A stretch of DNA of 64,000 bases, taken from positions 124,001-188,000 of the forward strand of contig QPMI01000220.1 of NCBI GenBank assembly GCA_004431415.1, written 5' to 3'. The notes under the pieces are model-generated. The model saw only the letters and a list, made by a program, of their open reading frames with translations, had not been told where the DNA came from and did not search any database. Each line of letters starts with the position of its first letter. The first letter of the stretch is position 1. A program made the position numbers and the translations under genes. Of the stretch, positions 1 to 14,600 are shown piece after piece. Source of the DNA: Cyanophora paradoxa CCMP329. Lineage: Eukaryota; Plantae; Glaucophyta.

Positions 1-1504
<1,504 letters not shown>

Positions 1505-2021
1505 GCCGCGAATAACGAGGAGCAGGAGGTGGAGGTGGGACTCTCTAGGCTGCATGCTGCCGCCAGCCCTGCGAGATGCTGCACCGACGTCTGGTTATCG
1601 TTTGCGGATTTTCGTCAAATTCCGCTTTTATTCTTTCCGATGTTTTTAATGGAGTTTTGTATGTGACTCAACTTTTCACTTCCTGGAACTTCGCTCAGCT
1701 TTAATTTGCTTCGCGCGGTCAACGTTTCCGTAGTGAAGTTGGAAATGGGTCACGTGCACGTGCATACTTGTCAGTAAGAACCAGTAAGAACTGTCAATTT
1801 TTCAGTGACGTAAACAGCCAGCGCCGCCCAACGTGCACGTGCCCAGCCAGGGCCAGCGCAGATCCAGAGCCCACTTGCACGCGCCCAGCCCGGCCAAATG
1901 CATTGCAATTGGCCGCCGCGCCAGTATACGTAGCGCTCGCATCATCGTAGCCCTAACATCATAGCGACGGCATGCACATGCACATGCGCAGCTAGGTGCA
2001 GACCGGCGCCAGATCACACTC

Positions 2022-2172
2022 CGGATTCGGGGCCCCCGGGCTTCTCGCTGCTCCTCGGGCTCCCGCCCTGCAGTCCCCCGGGCTTCTCGCTGCTCCTCGC
2101 CAGATGCGGATTCGGGGCCCCCGGGCTTCTCGCTGCTCCTCGGGCTCCCGCCCTGCAGTCCCGGGGCATCCT
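2022..2172. repeat. Short degenerate tandem repeat (3 copies of CCCCGGGCTTCTCGCTGCTCCTCG core)
   Basis: Core seen at about 2034, 2076 and 2119 in the intergenic DNA between convergent genes. Confidence 0.75.
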
Positions 2173-2360
2173 CCCCGAGCTCACAGTTGTCTTCGCTTGA
2201 GAGCCGCCGCGCGGGGCGCGCAGCGGCCGCGCAACGCCGGCGCTCAGCGCCCGGCGCACTGCGGCAGCGACTCCGCGCTGACTCTGCGTGTTGCCGCGGA
2301 CGCTGGCGCCCCCGCTGTTTCCGACGCTGATCGCGAGCAGGCATTAAATTCGCGCTTGAT

Positions 2361-2470
2361 TGCAAGGGGGGAAGAAGACCAAAGGGCTTCTCCCAGCTTG
2401 CTTCCCGTTCCCTCGCTTCAGACAAAATTTTTCTATGAGGCCGTTTCCGAGGGCCAGTATGCAACGAATA
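2361..2470 (+). repeat. Fragment of a dispersed repeat family (other copies at ~40760-40870 and ~42098-42205)
   Basis: TGCAAGGGGGG(AA)AAGAAGACC...CTTGCTTCCCGTTCCCTCGCTTCAG...TTTTCTATGAGGCCGTTT...CCAGTATGCAACGAA is shared with the copies in the TE island. Confidence 0.8.
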
Positions 2471-2686
2471 CAGGGGCTGGGCTCGCGAACCGGGACTCGG
2501 GATCCGGATTGGCTGCAGCTGGCGCGGGGTTGGGATTGGGGGGATTGGGAACAGCATGGATTTGGCTTTGAATTTGTTACGTTGGGCAGATCAAGAGGTA
2601 CGGACTCGGGAGGGGGAGGAAGGGAAGGGGGAACGTTGACGGAAGCTGGGCCACGGACTCGGCACGGGGGCGTCGAGGGTGCGGAC

Positions 2687-5600
2687 CTAGAAGATGCGGG
2701 GGGCGTGGACCTGGGGCAGGCCGTCGAGGGCGTGGAGGACGCTCTGCCGCTGGGCGGCCTGCGCCGTGAGCCGCAGCGGCTCCCGCTGCGGCCGCGCCGG
2801 CCGCGCGGGGGCGGGCTGGAGGCCCTCGAAGGGCTGCGGCGCCACCGTCAGGTGCGAGACGTCCTCCAGCTCCACCCCGGGCTGCGCGGCCCCCGCCCCG
2901 CGCGAAACGCGCCCTCACGATCAGACCCGTGCACGCCTCCGACAGAGGTTGAGAGGAATTGAATTTGAGCACCTGCGGCGGCTGCAGGACTCCGTACAGC
3001 GCGACGGGGCCCACGTAGTCGTAGAGCCTCAGGCACTGAAGGCGCGAACCAAATGAGCGGAGTGGATGGTACTAGGGCGGGAGGCGGAGGCGGCGCGCCT
3101 GCTCGACCTCGTAGTCGTCGACGCTAGCGTACGCCTGCCGCGGCCTCGCCGGCCGCACGATCCGGAAGCGCTCCGACGCTGCGCGGGGCCGCTCGCCCTT
3201 CCCCGCGCGGCCCTTGCCGCGCCTGCGCCGCCTCTGCCGCCCTCCGAGGAGGCCGGACGCCTCGGCCGACGCGGGCGGGCTCTCCCCCGGCGACTCGCCT
3301 TCCCCCTCGTCGGGCCCGCTGCTGCCGCTGCTCTCCTCCTCCTCCTCCTCCTCCTCCTCCTCCTCTGCCGTTCGCTGCTGCCGCTCTGCGACGGCGGCGG
3401 CGGCCGGTTCCTTGATAGGCAGGGGCATCCGCTGCGGCTCGCGGGCGCCCGTGGCGAGGTCGAGCTGCTCGGAGCGGAGGACGGCGGCGAGCGCGTCGGA
3501 GATCTCGATCTCGTCCCCCGTGAGCGAGACGGGCAGGTCGAAGGCCTTCCGCTCGAGCACGCCGTCCAGGACGACCCGCACGACGAACTCGAACCGCCCG
3601 GCGTCGAGGGGGCGCAACGTCGCCCGCACGTCCCTCGACTCCCCGGGCTGTAGCCTGAACTCCGTCGGGGAGAGCTGAACCTCGAGCCTCTGGACACGAG
3701 CCGCGTGAGATGTGTGCCGGCGCGCAGAGTCCGACTCGAGGACGCGCACCGTGCCGGGCTTCGCCCCTTCCACCTGCACCGCGCTCGCCGGAAAGACCCG
3801 CCTGTGCGTCGGGTCGATTCCCGCGCCGGAAGCCCTCCGGTCTTGCATCTCGTCCGCGGCCGGCTGCTCGACGAAGAGCTGCGCGGGTGCCTGGCGACGA
3901 CGTCAACGTTGGCGCGCGGAGGACGAATTCGCTGCAGCGCCAGCGCACCTCTCCCCTGTTCTGAACGCGGATTACTTTGTGGATGTCAGATTTCACGGGG
4001 ACCTGCCCGCATTGGAGTTCTGGAAAACCATTAGATCCTGCAAAGATAGAGATGACTATTCCCTTAAATCAAGCCGAACCCGCAGGGGACAGGGAGATGT
4101 CGAGGCGGCCGCCGGAGGCCCGGAAGGGCACCGCCAGCAGCGGCGTCATGCCTTTGCTGAACTCGATCACGCCGGAGTGGACTTGCCCTCCGACGGGCGC
4201 GTAGGTGACGCTCAGCGTCGCTGACTCGCCCGGCGCGAGGTGCAGGTCCCTGCCGCGAGCTCAGATGCATGCAGGAAGAGCCCACGTCGCCTGCAGCTGC
4301 GCGCACATGTGCGACAGAGCCACGCAGAAGGGGACCCTCGTGACATGAACGGCCAGGGGGAGGGAGCAGGCGTTGGTGACGACCAGCTGCCGGCCGACCT
4401 TGCATCTGCGAGCGGATCGAGTGGGGGTCACGCAGAAGAACGTGCACATTGGAATTCGCGCGGCAGACTGCGCACCCGAAGGGAACGACGCCGAGATCGA
4501 AGCCGGGGGAGTCGGCGGTCAAAGTGGGCTGCACGCCCTCGCCCGAGACCTGCGGGCTCGAGGCGCTCGCTCGCGCTCGCACGCGCGTCGAGGCACTCTA
4601 AGGCGCGGAATCGCGTCGCACCTCGAACGTGTACTCCAGCTCGGACATCTCCGAGAGTATGGACACGATGCCCTCGGCCAGGCTCGACTCCGCGGGGCAG
4701 AACGTGACCGTGCAGTCGATTTGGCGCCCCGGCTCCACCACGCCGCTGGAGGGCGTGACCGTGAAGGCGGGGTGCGTGCAGTTGATCGCGAATGGGAACA
4801 CGTCCGTCTTGGACGTGTTGTTCAGACTGAACGCCTGGAACGTGTCCTGCCCGATGAACAGCGGCTTGAAGTGCATCGGCTGGAGCTTGGCCACGTCGAG
4901 GGCGGGCTGCTCGAAGGATTAGATTTCCGGTTTTCGCGACAGACAATTTCGGAATACAGGTACGTCTGACCTTCACTGAGCGGCCGCTGACTGTGACACC
5001 GAGCGGCTTGGCTCCGGAGAGAAGCGGACGAACCACCAAAGCGAAATTGAAAGTTCCTGGGTTCTCGCTCGAAAAGGAGACCTGCACTGTGACTGAACCC
5101 TGGCCGTTGATCCCGCTCCGCAGTACGAAGCTCGACGGGGAGCACGAGAACGCCTGAGAGCGGCTATCGGTGCAGGCTAACAAAGGAAAGCGGTACGGCT
5201 GGGCACCGGATCCGGACTCTCGATCACAACTGGCACGGGGAACGCCGACGTCGACGACACCACGAAACGGCGGTTGACGGCCACCGAGGCGTGAGCGCGG
5301 ACGATCCCGAACTCCAGGCCCTGGCCGTCAATGTCCAGAGGCGGGATCGCCAGATTGGCTCGGACGATCATCGCGTCCTGGTGGATCGTGCCCGGGTGCG
5401 TGACGTAAACCGGCAGGCCGCCCGCGCCCTGCTGGCCGAGCTCCTCCGCCTGTGGGTTCAGAGTGAGCGAGATGCGAAAGTCCTCTAAAAAGAGAAGCGC
5501 ACATGCTCTTTGAGCAGCCTCTCCCAGCGATCTGTGCATTTCGCGGAGACCTCCTCGAAGGGCCCGTCGAGGCCGTCGATGAACTCCTCCGGAACAGGGC

Positions 5601-8600
5601 AGCGGTGCTCCACGACGAGGGACTGGCGCGGCGGCTCCAGAACGGACGCGTCGGCCGCTTCGATCACGAAAGCCGTCGGAGAGATCGTCAGGAACTGGGT
5701 CTCCAGCTTCGCTTGCGGGTCCTTGCTCTCCGAGGCGCCCGTCTGGGCCGAGACGTCGACGTCGTGGTCCAGCGTGCTCGGCGGAGGGGAAAGCGAGAAG
5801 GCGACAGGCAGGTTGTACGGGCAGCCGTTCTGGAAGACGACCTCGGTCGCTTTCCTGTCCCCGGGTACGACGTCGCCGAGGTGGAGGCTCTGCGGCCAGG
5901 ACGGGCCCAGCTTGAACGTGCACGCTGCGCGGCCTCGCTCAGCGAAACGCCCAACGTTAAGACATCGTCGCGCGCGCACCTCTAGCCGACACAACGAGCG
6001 TAGTGCTCACTCCGCTCGACTGTACAGGGATGGACAGTGTCACATCGTTGTCCTTCAGCGGCTTATAGGTCAGGCGAAATTCCGCGATCTCTTGCGCCAG
6101 AAGCGTTCCAGATAGGTTGCCAGACAATTCGAAGTCTTGAGAGCTCAAGAGCGGCCACTGGATTTTGTAACTCAACGAACCAGTGCCCTAAACGAGAAAG
6201 AAATCTCAGCGCCTTAACAAAAGAAGCGTGCAGCGATCCAACGAACCGAGTTCTGGAGCTTGAATTGCATGTGGGCGCTCTTGCGGGTTGGGACATCGCC
6301 GAAGGCCAGCTCGGGCGGATCGACTCGAAGCGTGGGGAAACCGGCGCAGCCGCGAAGAACCAGCAGAGTGGGCGTCCGCTGCACTCCCGCCTGGAAAATG
6401 GCGAGCAGGACCGAGCTTTCGAAACCGGGTTGGTTGGGCGGGTTGAATGTGATCCGCATGGGTGCCTTGGAGTGTGGGCTGAGGCGCCCCGAGACTGGGT
6501 GGACAGACCAGCACGCCTTACTCTCCTCGTCCAGGACCTGGCTCTCAAGAAAGCCCGCCTGGTGGGCGGCTTCAACACTGCCGAGACTCTCGCGGGCCGA
6601 CAGAGGCATCAGAGCGATGGTGAAGTTGATCGGAAGCGGCGAATCATTCGTCAGCTCTCTCGTCTCGACCTGCGAGAAAAGAGAAAAGCTTTAAGAAAAC
6701 CCCTTATATGACGAGCGCGCTGCGGCGCAGCGTTCTCTCACCGCCTCCTCGCCGTAGTTGGCGTTCGAGAAGTCGACCGCGTCGAGAGAGCTGACTTGGA
6801 CGGACGACTCGTGCGCGGTCGCTTCGATCGGCACGTGGACGGGTTCGATTTCCTGGCGGCGAGCTGGTCGGCGCAGCGGGAGGAACGCAGAGCCGGGCCC
6901 CAAGATCAGGCCTCACCTCGAGGGCGCTCTCCGCTGGGCGGATGACGAGACTGCCCGTCACGGGTCCCTCGGCCGGCGTCGAGACGGAGACGTAGACTAT
7001 CAGCGTGGAGTGCGACTCGAGCTCCGGGGTCCGTTCCGGGCCGTGCAGCTGCGTGCGCCACTTGACCGCCGACGCGAGCGACGCCGGCTCCACCTTCAAG
7101 CTCAGCGTCGCCGAGACCAGCCCTGGCATGGCGAATGCGATCGGGATCGAGCCGCCGACCATGTCGGAGGCGAAGGACGACGAACCCTGGTTGTGGATCT
7201 GGATGATTCGAGTGGTCTCGGACCCGACCGCGACGCTGCCTAGTCTGCGTGCAGAGGCGGGTGAGCGACGGCGCGGCCCTGCCCATCGGCCCAACCTCAG
7301 TGAGCGCACTCGAGGCTGCCTTCGATGGACCACTGGAACAGCGCGCCAGCTCCGCAGACCCCCAGGTTGACCACGTCACCTGCTCGCTCGAGCTCGTTCA
7401 TCAATATAATCCGCGGAGGCAGACTCGAGAGATGCGAAACGGACCTTCCTCCTCGTCCTCGATCGTCACCATTCCCTCGTAGAAAGAATCGCCGGGCGGG
7501 AGGAAGCCGAGCTGTTCGAGCGTGCACGCGCGCTCAGGCGAACGCCGACAGATCTAGAGACTTTTCGCGAATTGAGACACCTTCACGACGAACGCGCTCA
7601 GAGGCGGGATTTCCAGCTGGTTCTCGCCGTCGATCTCCAGGAAGCTGTGCCTCGTGAAGACGCGGGCGTGGCAGGTGCGGACACTCAGATTCGACACGAG
7701 GAGCGGCCGCCAAGACGTTTGGCCTGAGCGAATGAAGTTTGCATCCGAAGTTGCGCAAAAAGCAGAGAAGAGCTCGAGTTACCGATGAAGCAGTACATGA
7801 AGTCGTATTGCTGTCCGGAGAGGGACGACGGCCGGTACTGCACAGAGGCCGGCAAGGGGATCGTGGAGTTGAACGGGAAACCCTGCGGGTGCAGCTCCAG
7901 CAAGGTCTGGAGATGGGCTCTACGGTCAGCACGCTCTGCCGAGAGCGGCGCGAACGCTTCCCTAGGCCTACCTCGTCGGGGGCGTGGACGAGCAGCCGCT
8001 GGTCGGCACCCGAGCCTTTCAGGAGCACTGTCACGGGGATTCCCTTCCACGCAATCTGTGCCCCGAGATTAGGCGCTGGCGTTGGCCAGTTGTAGACGTT
8101 GGCCAGTTGCAGGCCGGCAGACCTCGAGATTGCGGAGAGAAATCCCGTCCTCCGGTCCGAAAACCTTCGACGGCTTGAAGATGACGGTCAGGTTGACGCT
8201 ATCGCCGCTTTCGATCTCGCCAGTGGCGTTGTGGAGCGTAAATCCATCTGCAAGATCCGTAAATAGCGATCAATTAGGCACGCGAGGGAGAGAGAGATAG
8301 GAAACCTGCTGTCAGAGCTTGCAGAGGTTTTCCCGCCTCGTCCAGCAAGCGGGCCTCGTATTGCGTCTTGTACGTCCCTTCGTTGTACAGCTGCACACTG
8401 CGCGACGGATCGAGCTGCAAGCAGACGTGAAAATCCGGAAGAAAACCGGTGTTCACCTCGCCAACTGCTCTCGCGCGAAGCGGCACACGCCGAAATCCAG
8501 GACGAGGGGCTCCACCTTGAGGGCTGCCTCCCCCACCTTGCCGTAGACCACGATCGTGGGATTGGCGATGGCTCCTTGGACCTGCGCAAGCACCCATCAA

Positions 8601-11600
8601 CTACTGTCGGCGACGTCTCCAGAGAAGCTTGAGATCCTACCAGGAACTCGGCGGAGTGCAGGCCCGGAGCTGCTGGATTGAGGGTTGTCTGCACGACGAC
8701 GGAGCTCGCGGGCTCGAGCTCGAACGAAGCTGGCGTCATTGTGATATACTCCGAAGCTTTTCCAGACGACTGCAGATTGACAGTCGCGGGGAGGTTGCCC
8801 TGGTTGGTCAGCAGCAGGAAGTCGATCGGGCGCGGCTCGCTCTTCACTTCCACGAGTCCCTGCGCAAATGCTCGCGTAAGGACAACTCGGCATGATGCGA
8901 GGAGGCGAGCGGACCAGGGCGACTTCGATGATGTCCATTCGAGCTGGAGCGCGACCGCGTCAATGTGAGAAATGAAATTCGGTTGGACAAAACCCGCCAC
9001 GCACGTTTGGAGATCGACACGCCTTGTGGAATGTCCTCGATAATCTAGCAAGATCGATACTTTGATGTCGGTTCCAAAGCGGCACGTTGGAAGCTCTAGG
9101 ACTCACCGCCGCTGTGATGAGCGCCAGGCCTCCGCGCACTTTGATGGAACCGTGATACACCTCGTTGATCTGAGCGGACGTGATCGTGAGCGCTTCACTC
9201 GGTACGTCCTAGTGAATTACATGCAGGAAAAGCACCTGCGAGACCATGCGGAACTTTGCGGCGTACTCCACTTCGTACCCCGTGGGCACGCATGAAATCC
9301 TGAACTCCGATAGGGCGCCCGGCGCCATCTGCGGGCAGCTTAACGAGACAAACAGCGGCGCAGGGCGGCGGAGAGAGCGCACGTTCGCCGACTCGGGGTC
9401 GATGAAGAAGGCAGGCTTGCGAGAAACTCCCCTTCCGATTGCCTGCCGCACCAAGTTCTGCACCGAATTCGGAACGGCGGCCCGCTTCATCGCAACTGCC
9501 TCGAGGAGATCAAGCGCCAAACAAATCGGAGAAAGTTGCAGAAAGCACCGCTCTTCGCGTCGAATTCCATGCCGATCTCGACGGAAAGTTTGCCCACATT
9601 GGACACCTGAATCGCCCGGCTCGCTGCGAAAGATAAATCAGTCTACAGTCGAGCTCAATGCTGAACTGAACAAGTCCTCGCCTTCCGTTCCAAGAGCAAC
9701 GATTCCGAAATCCAAGTCGAGGTCGTTCTGTATGATGAGCTGAGGCGGCAGGACCATGGCGTGCACGGACAAGGTCGACTCTCCGCCGTCCGTGTCGAAC
9801 GTGATTTCTCCCCTGCGGAAAGCGTAAGAGTTGGCGGCTTCATTCGCGGGTTGGAAACTGACACAAAGCCGCCGTGAGTGGTCTGCTTGTTCGGCTTGAG
9901 GCTGACGCGGACACACTGCTCTCCGCTGCCCGGGATTTCGCCGCTTGCAGGGTCGACCCAAAGGATGCTCCTGAACGCATGCTGAGAGAACGCCTGCCAG
10001 ATGCACGACGCCCTGCCCGAACGTCAGTTTAGAGAGCGGCGTGAAAAGAGAGGCCGGCTCGAAATCAGGCCAGAACCTTCCACTGTTGACGAGTTTCTGG
10101 GGAGAAAAAGCGCTTCAGTGCTAATGCGAAAAGCAGGAAGACAGGAAATCGCACCAGTTCCACCTGCGACATGTTGTTGACCACGACGAGACCTGTTCTC
10201 TTGTGAGCACTAGTATTGCACGCGGCTGGCTCAGAGAAGCGCTGGCGCTCACCCATGTCGACCGAACGGACGGGCATAACGAAGGCGGGGACGCCGATGT
10301 CTGCTTTGACCTGCACGACCCTCTTCTGCACGGGGCTGCCGGGGCTCGTCTCCCACTCCAAGGTCAAAGGCACGCGAATCGGGTTGGCCGTGATGGACAG
10401 AACGACCAAGGGGATCTCCAGCCTCTGCCCGGATGCGATCGGAATCGAGAGGGTCTGCACCCGCTCGTCCATCATCGTGACTTCGTTGCTGTCCGAGTGG
10501 AGCCTGATGACAGTCGGCAGCAGGCCGACGTTGCGGACGCTGATCCTCCCCCTGGCCGGGCGCTGCGCCTTGACCGTTCCGAAGTCCATCACGTCGGGCG
10601 TCTGGAAAACGATGTCCGCGCTGGCGCCGACGCCCTTCAGGAACACTACAGAGTGGACGAAGTCCGATTGGATGCTGCAGCTGCCGCTGATGGCCGCCTG
10701 CGCCCTCCGCGGAGTGCACTGGACGGGGAGGGAGAGGAGCTCGCCCGGCCCCAGCGAGGCCGTCGACGGGCAGGACGGATCAAGCTCGAAGCCCTGGGAG
10801 AAACGGGAGACGTGAATCGACTGCGTCTCCAGACTCTCGTTCACCGCTCGTATGTGCAAGCGTCTGCGGTCAGGGGAGGTGAGGTGAGCGACATTGGTAC
10901 ATGCCATCGAGCACGTTCTGAATACTGACCCCGGCGCATCTTCAGCGCGATGCTGCGTTGAATTCGCAACGGGGACGATTCCGAAATCGAGAACGCTTGG
11001 AGTCACGACCACAGGCCGCAACGACGACCCTCGAAGCTGCGTTTCCACTCTAAACAAGGGCGGCACGTCGTCCTCCGAGGAATTTGCGGTGTCCGAAGAC
11101 AGAAACACGAAAGTGAGGGTGTGCTGATCCGACAAGCGCATCTGCCTTTCGGGTGCGAAGATGGCGCGGAGGTGAAGCGCGTGGTCCGGATGAATGGTGC
11201 TGATTGCAGGGCCGGTGGAGGAATCCGAAGAATCCGACGCGTGCGACACAGTGATGGTCCTGCGCTGCGCGCCTTTGACGGCAATGCCGCCGACTCCACG
11301 GAAGTGCTTGGACTTCGAATGCATCGCATGCGCGGTGCCATCCCGCACGTGCGCGTCGGGCTCGTTATCCAGCGACGAGCCTTTGCTCAAGGCGACGGCC
11401 TGACGGAGGTTCAAGCGCAACATCGCCCAGAGGTTTACGTGCTGGTACACGTGCAGCAGCTGGTTTCCGCCCGACTCCTCGCCGACGACTTCGAGCTCGC
11501 ACGTGTGGGGCGCGGCGCTGACCACCTGGAGAAGCGACGCGGGCAAGGATCCCGTGTTGCGGACGGTGAAGTCGCAGATCGAGGCCGTGCCGAGGCGAGT

Positions 11601-14600
11601 GCGGCCGAAGTCGATCGTCGCAGGGGGAAGGACGCGCAGCGTCCCTGCGACTCCTTCCAGTCGCACCGAATGCGTTATGTCGCTGAGAGCGATCCAAAGA
11701 TCCGCCCTGTGCTTGCCGCTCTCGTTTGGCTCGTACAAGATGGTGACCTGAAGAAGAAGAGCAATCAGATCGCGTCTTTTTACAACACCAGGAATCCGCA
11801 AACCTTAATCGTGTTGTTAGATTCCAAAGTCGCACTGGTTTGCTCCGTTTCAAAAGATGCGGAGAAGGGGCTGTGCACTGTCATCTCCAGCTCCTCGGGC
11901 AGCTCGCCGTGATTTGCGAGGGTGAACTCGATTTGCCGCTGCGAGCCCAGTGAGGCGCGCAGGAAATCCGGATAGGCGAGCAAAGTCACCTTGTCGCCCA
12001 AGAGAACTACTCCGAAGTCGAGAGTGGAAATCGGAAGCCCGATCAAGACCCTGAGGAAGCATTCATCGGATTGTCGGCAACGGCCGGAACAGTGTCAGAA
12101 CTGACCTTGGCGATGCCTGGCCCACTAGCCGGCAGCTCTGCAGGTCGCGCCCTTGACAAACAAGCGTCAAGGGCTGCGAGAAGATGCCGGCCTGCGCTGG
12201 CGCGAAGTCCACGGCGGCGTACTGCGACCCGCCAGCTTCCAAGAAGCCCTCTTCAGGCTGGACGGTAAACGGAGCCTCCTGATTCTCGCTCGTCTTCACG
12301 GCGATGAGCTGCCATTTTTGCCGAGCCTTGGAAGCGTTCTGGATGAGAATCGCCTGGGTGTGGGTGCTGCCGACGCGGCACTTGAACGAGACTTCGCCGG
12401 TCGGCTGCATCGTCAGCGGGTTCTCCTCGCTCTCCGACGAGACGACTTCGACGGCGTCCAGCGCGCCCGTGTTCAGGCTCGCGAGGCAGACGAACCCCTT
12501 CAGGCACGTCGACCCGTGCGCTTGCCGCCGGCTCTTGTGGAGGACGGAGAGCTGGAGGGCCGACTCCGCCAAGACGGCCACCTCCTCGCCGGAGACGTCC
12601 TGGTCCCCCGCTTGTGCGAGGAGGGCGTGCATCCCAGGCGAGGTCAGGAGGACGGCCGAGTGGTCCTCTCCGCTCGAGACCTCCAGCGCCGCTTTCCGCC
12701 CGAGGCCGCCCACCTGGACGACGTCCGCCGAGAACTGGAACGCGGGGCTCGGGAGTGCAGGAAGCTCCACGTTGCCCTTCTTCATGCCGGCGAACCGAGG
12801 CGCGAGGGCGGCCGGCACAACAGAGGACCCGCCCGAGAGCCTGGTTGGAAGGTGAGTTGGATGCGTGCGACCCTGAAATCAAAAGTGCCAGACCAGTCTC
12901 GAATCTGGATGATTTCCTTCGTGAACTGCCCAGCGGAGCTGACAGTGTCATCCTCGCCCGAGGGCTTCGGAGAAATCGCGATCGCCACGAAGTGCAAGTT
13001 GCCCTCTGAGAGCACGCCAGGTTTTAGATCGTTTTCCGATCGAAAAAAAGAGGAACGAGCTTACTGATGCGAGCAGGAAACTGGGCCTGGGACGGGCTGA
13101 TCATGTTGAACTTGATCGGGGTGCGCACGACGCCCTTCACTTGCGGGGCGAACGAGACGGCGAGAGAGATCGTTTCGAGAGGGCCGATCGTGACCAACTC
13201 CTTCCCGCTGACCGTCGGCTTCTGCTTCGCGCTCTTGCCGCCGGCAGTCGACGCGTAGCTCAGGAACGTGCGCTCCGCCTCGAAAGTGAGGGTGAACTGC
13301 AGCTGGAGGGACGACGCGTTCTCGACGGGGACGAGGACGCGGCACTCGCCGCCGACGAGGACTGGCGGGAGATGGATGTCGGGCTCGACGGGGATCTCCA
13401 GGGGCTGCCCCACGAAGCCCCGCAGGGCGACCCGGACCGGGCGGCTCCCCGGAGAGGAGACCTCCAGGTTCGCGAAGAAGGGGCCGGGCTGGAGCTTCGC
13501 CAGGTCGGGAAGCCGGGCGGTCAGGACGGCCTCTTGCAGGGGCTCCAGGTGGAGCGTCAGGCTGCGGGAGAACGAGTCCACCACGCACTCCCGGGGCGAC
13601 GCGTCGATCTCTATCGCGGGTATCGAGCAGGACACGATCGCGGTCCGGAAGTCGCTGGACATGTTGTGAACGACGACGCTTGACTCGAAGGTGCCCGCTC
13701 CGAGGCAGATCCCGTAGTCGGCTAGAAGCAGGTTGCTTCCGAGCGACCGCCTGACCTGCTCGAACTGCTGGAGGAGGCCTCCGGATCGCGCGTAGCCGAC
13801 GCTGTCGCCGGTGAGAAGAGAGAACTCGGACCCGAAGGGGGCGTCGTCCTCCAGCCTCAGCTCTCCCTTGCGCATGCCCCTGGACACGTAGACGGCGATC
13901 GGGTGGCCGCATAGCCCCTCAAGCTGCACGGCCTGGCGCTCGCCGCCGGGGCCGACAACGTCGAAGCGAGCCCGGTACCTGCCCGCCGCTTCAATAAAAT
14001 CGTGTACCGAAAACGGGCAACGAAAACCGCCAGCACCTGCCAACAACTGACGCCTCGCAGAACAACTGTACGGCTCTCTCCTCCCCCGATGAGAGCTCGA
14101 ACGATCGCGCAGGAATGTTGATCTTCGACGCAGGTTTAGATGGCGCGGCGCAGGTCAGAATAGCGGCGGGCACCTGTGGAACGTGTTTGTGGTCCCCGCT
14201 GTGCGGGACGACCACTTCACAGGAGATGCCTTCTGGGCTGAGGTTCCTGCACGTGAACGACGTCTCCAGCGGGACCCCAGGCTCCAGCCAGCCGACGTGG
14301 ACGATCGCGGGCCTCACTTGGAAACTTGGCCCTTTGAACGCTTCGATCTTGGTACTCGCGAGAGCTTTCCCGGAGGGAGCGATGGCGCGCATGGTCCCAT
14401 GCACGCTGATGGACTGGCGACGGATGGAGACAGGATCGAACGTTACAACTGTGGGTGTTGCCGGGGTCAGCCATCGCTAGTGACAAGAAGCGTTTAGCGC
14501 GCACCGATCTCCTGCTGGCCATTGACCGGCGCTGGGAAGACTAGAGGGCTCGCCGTGAAAACGTCAGCTGGCTGAACCACAATAGATATCATCGGCCGCT

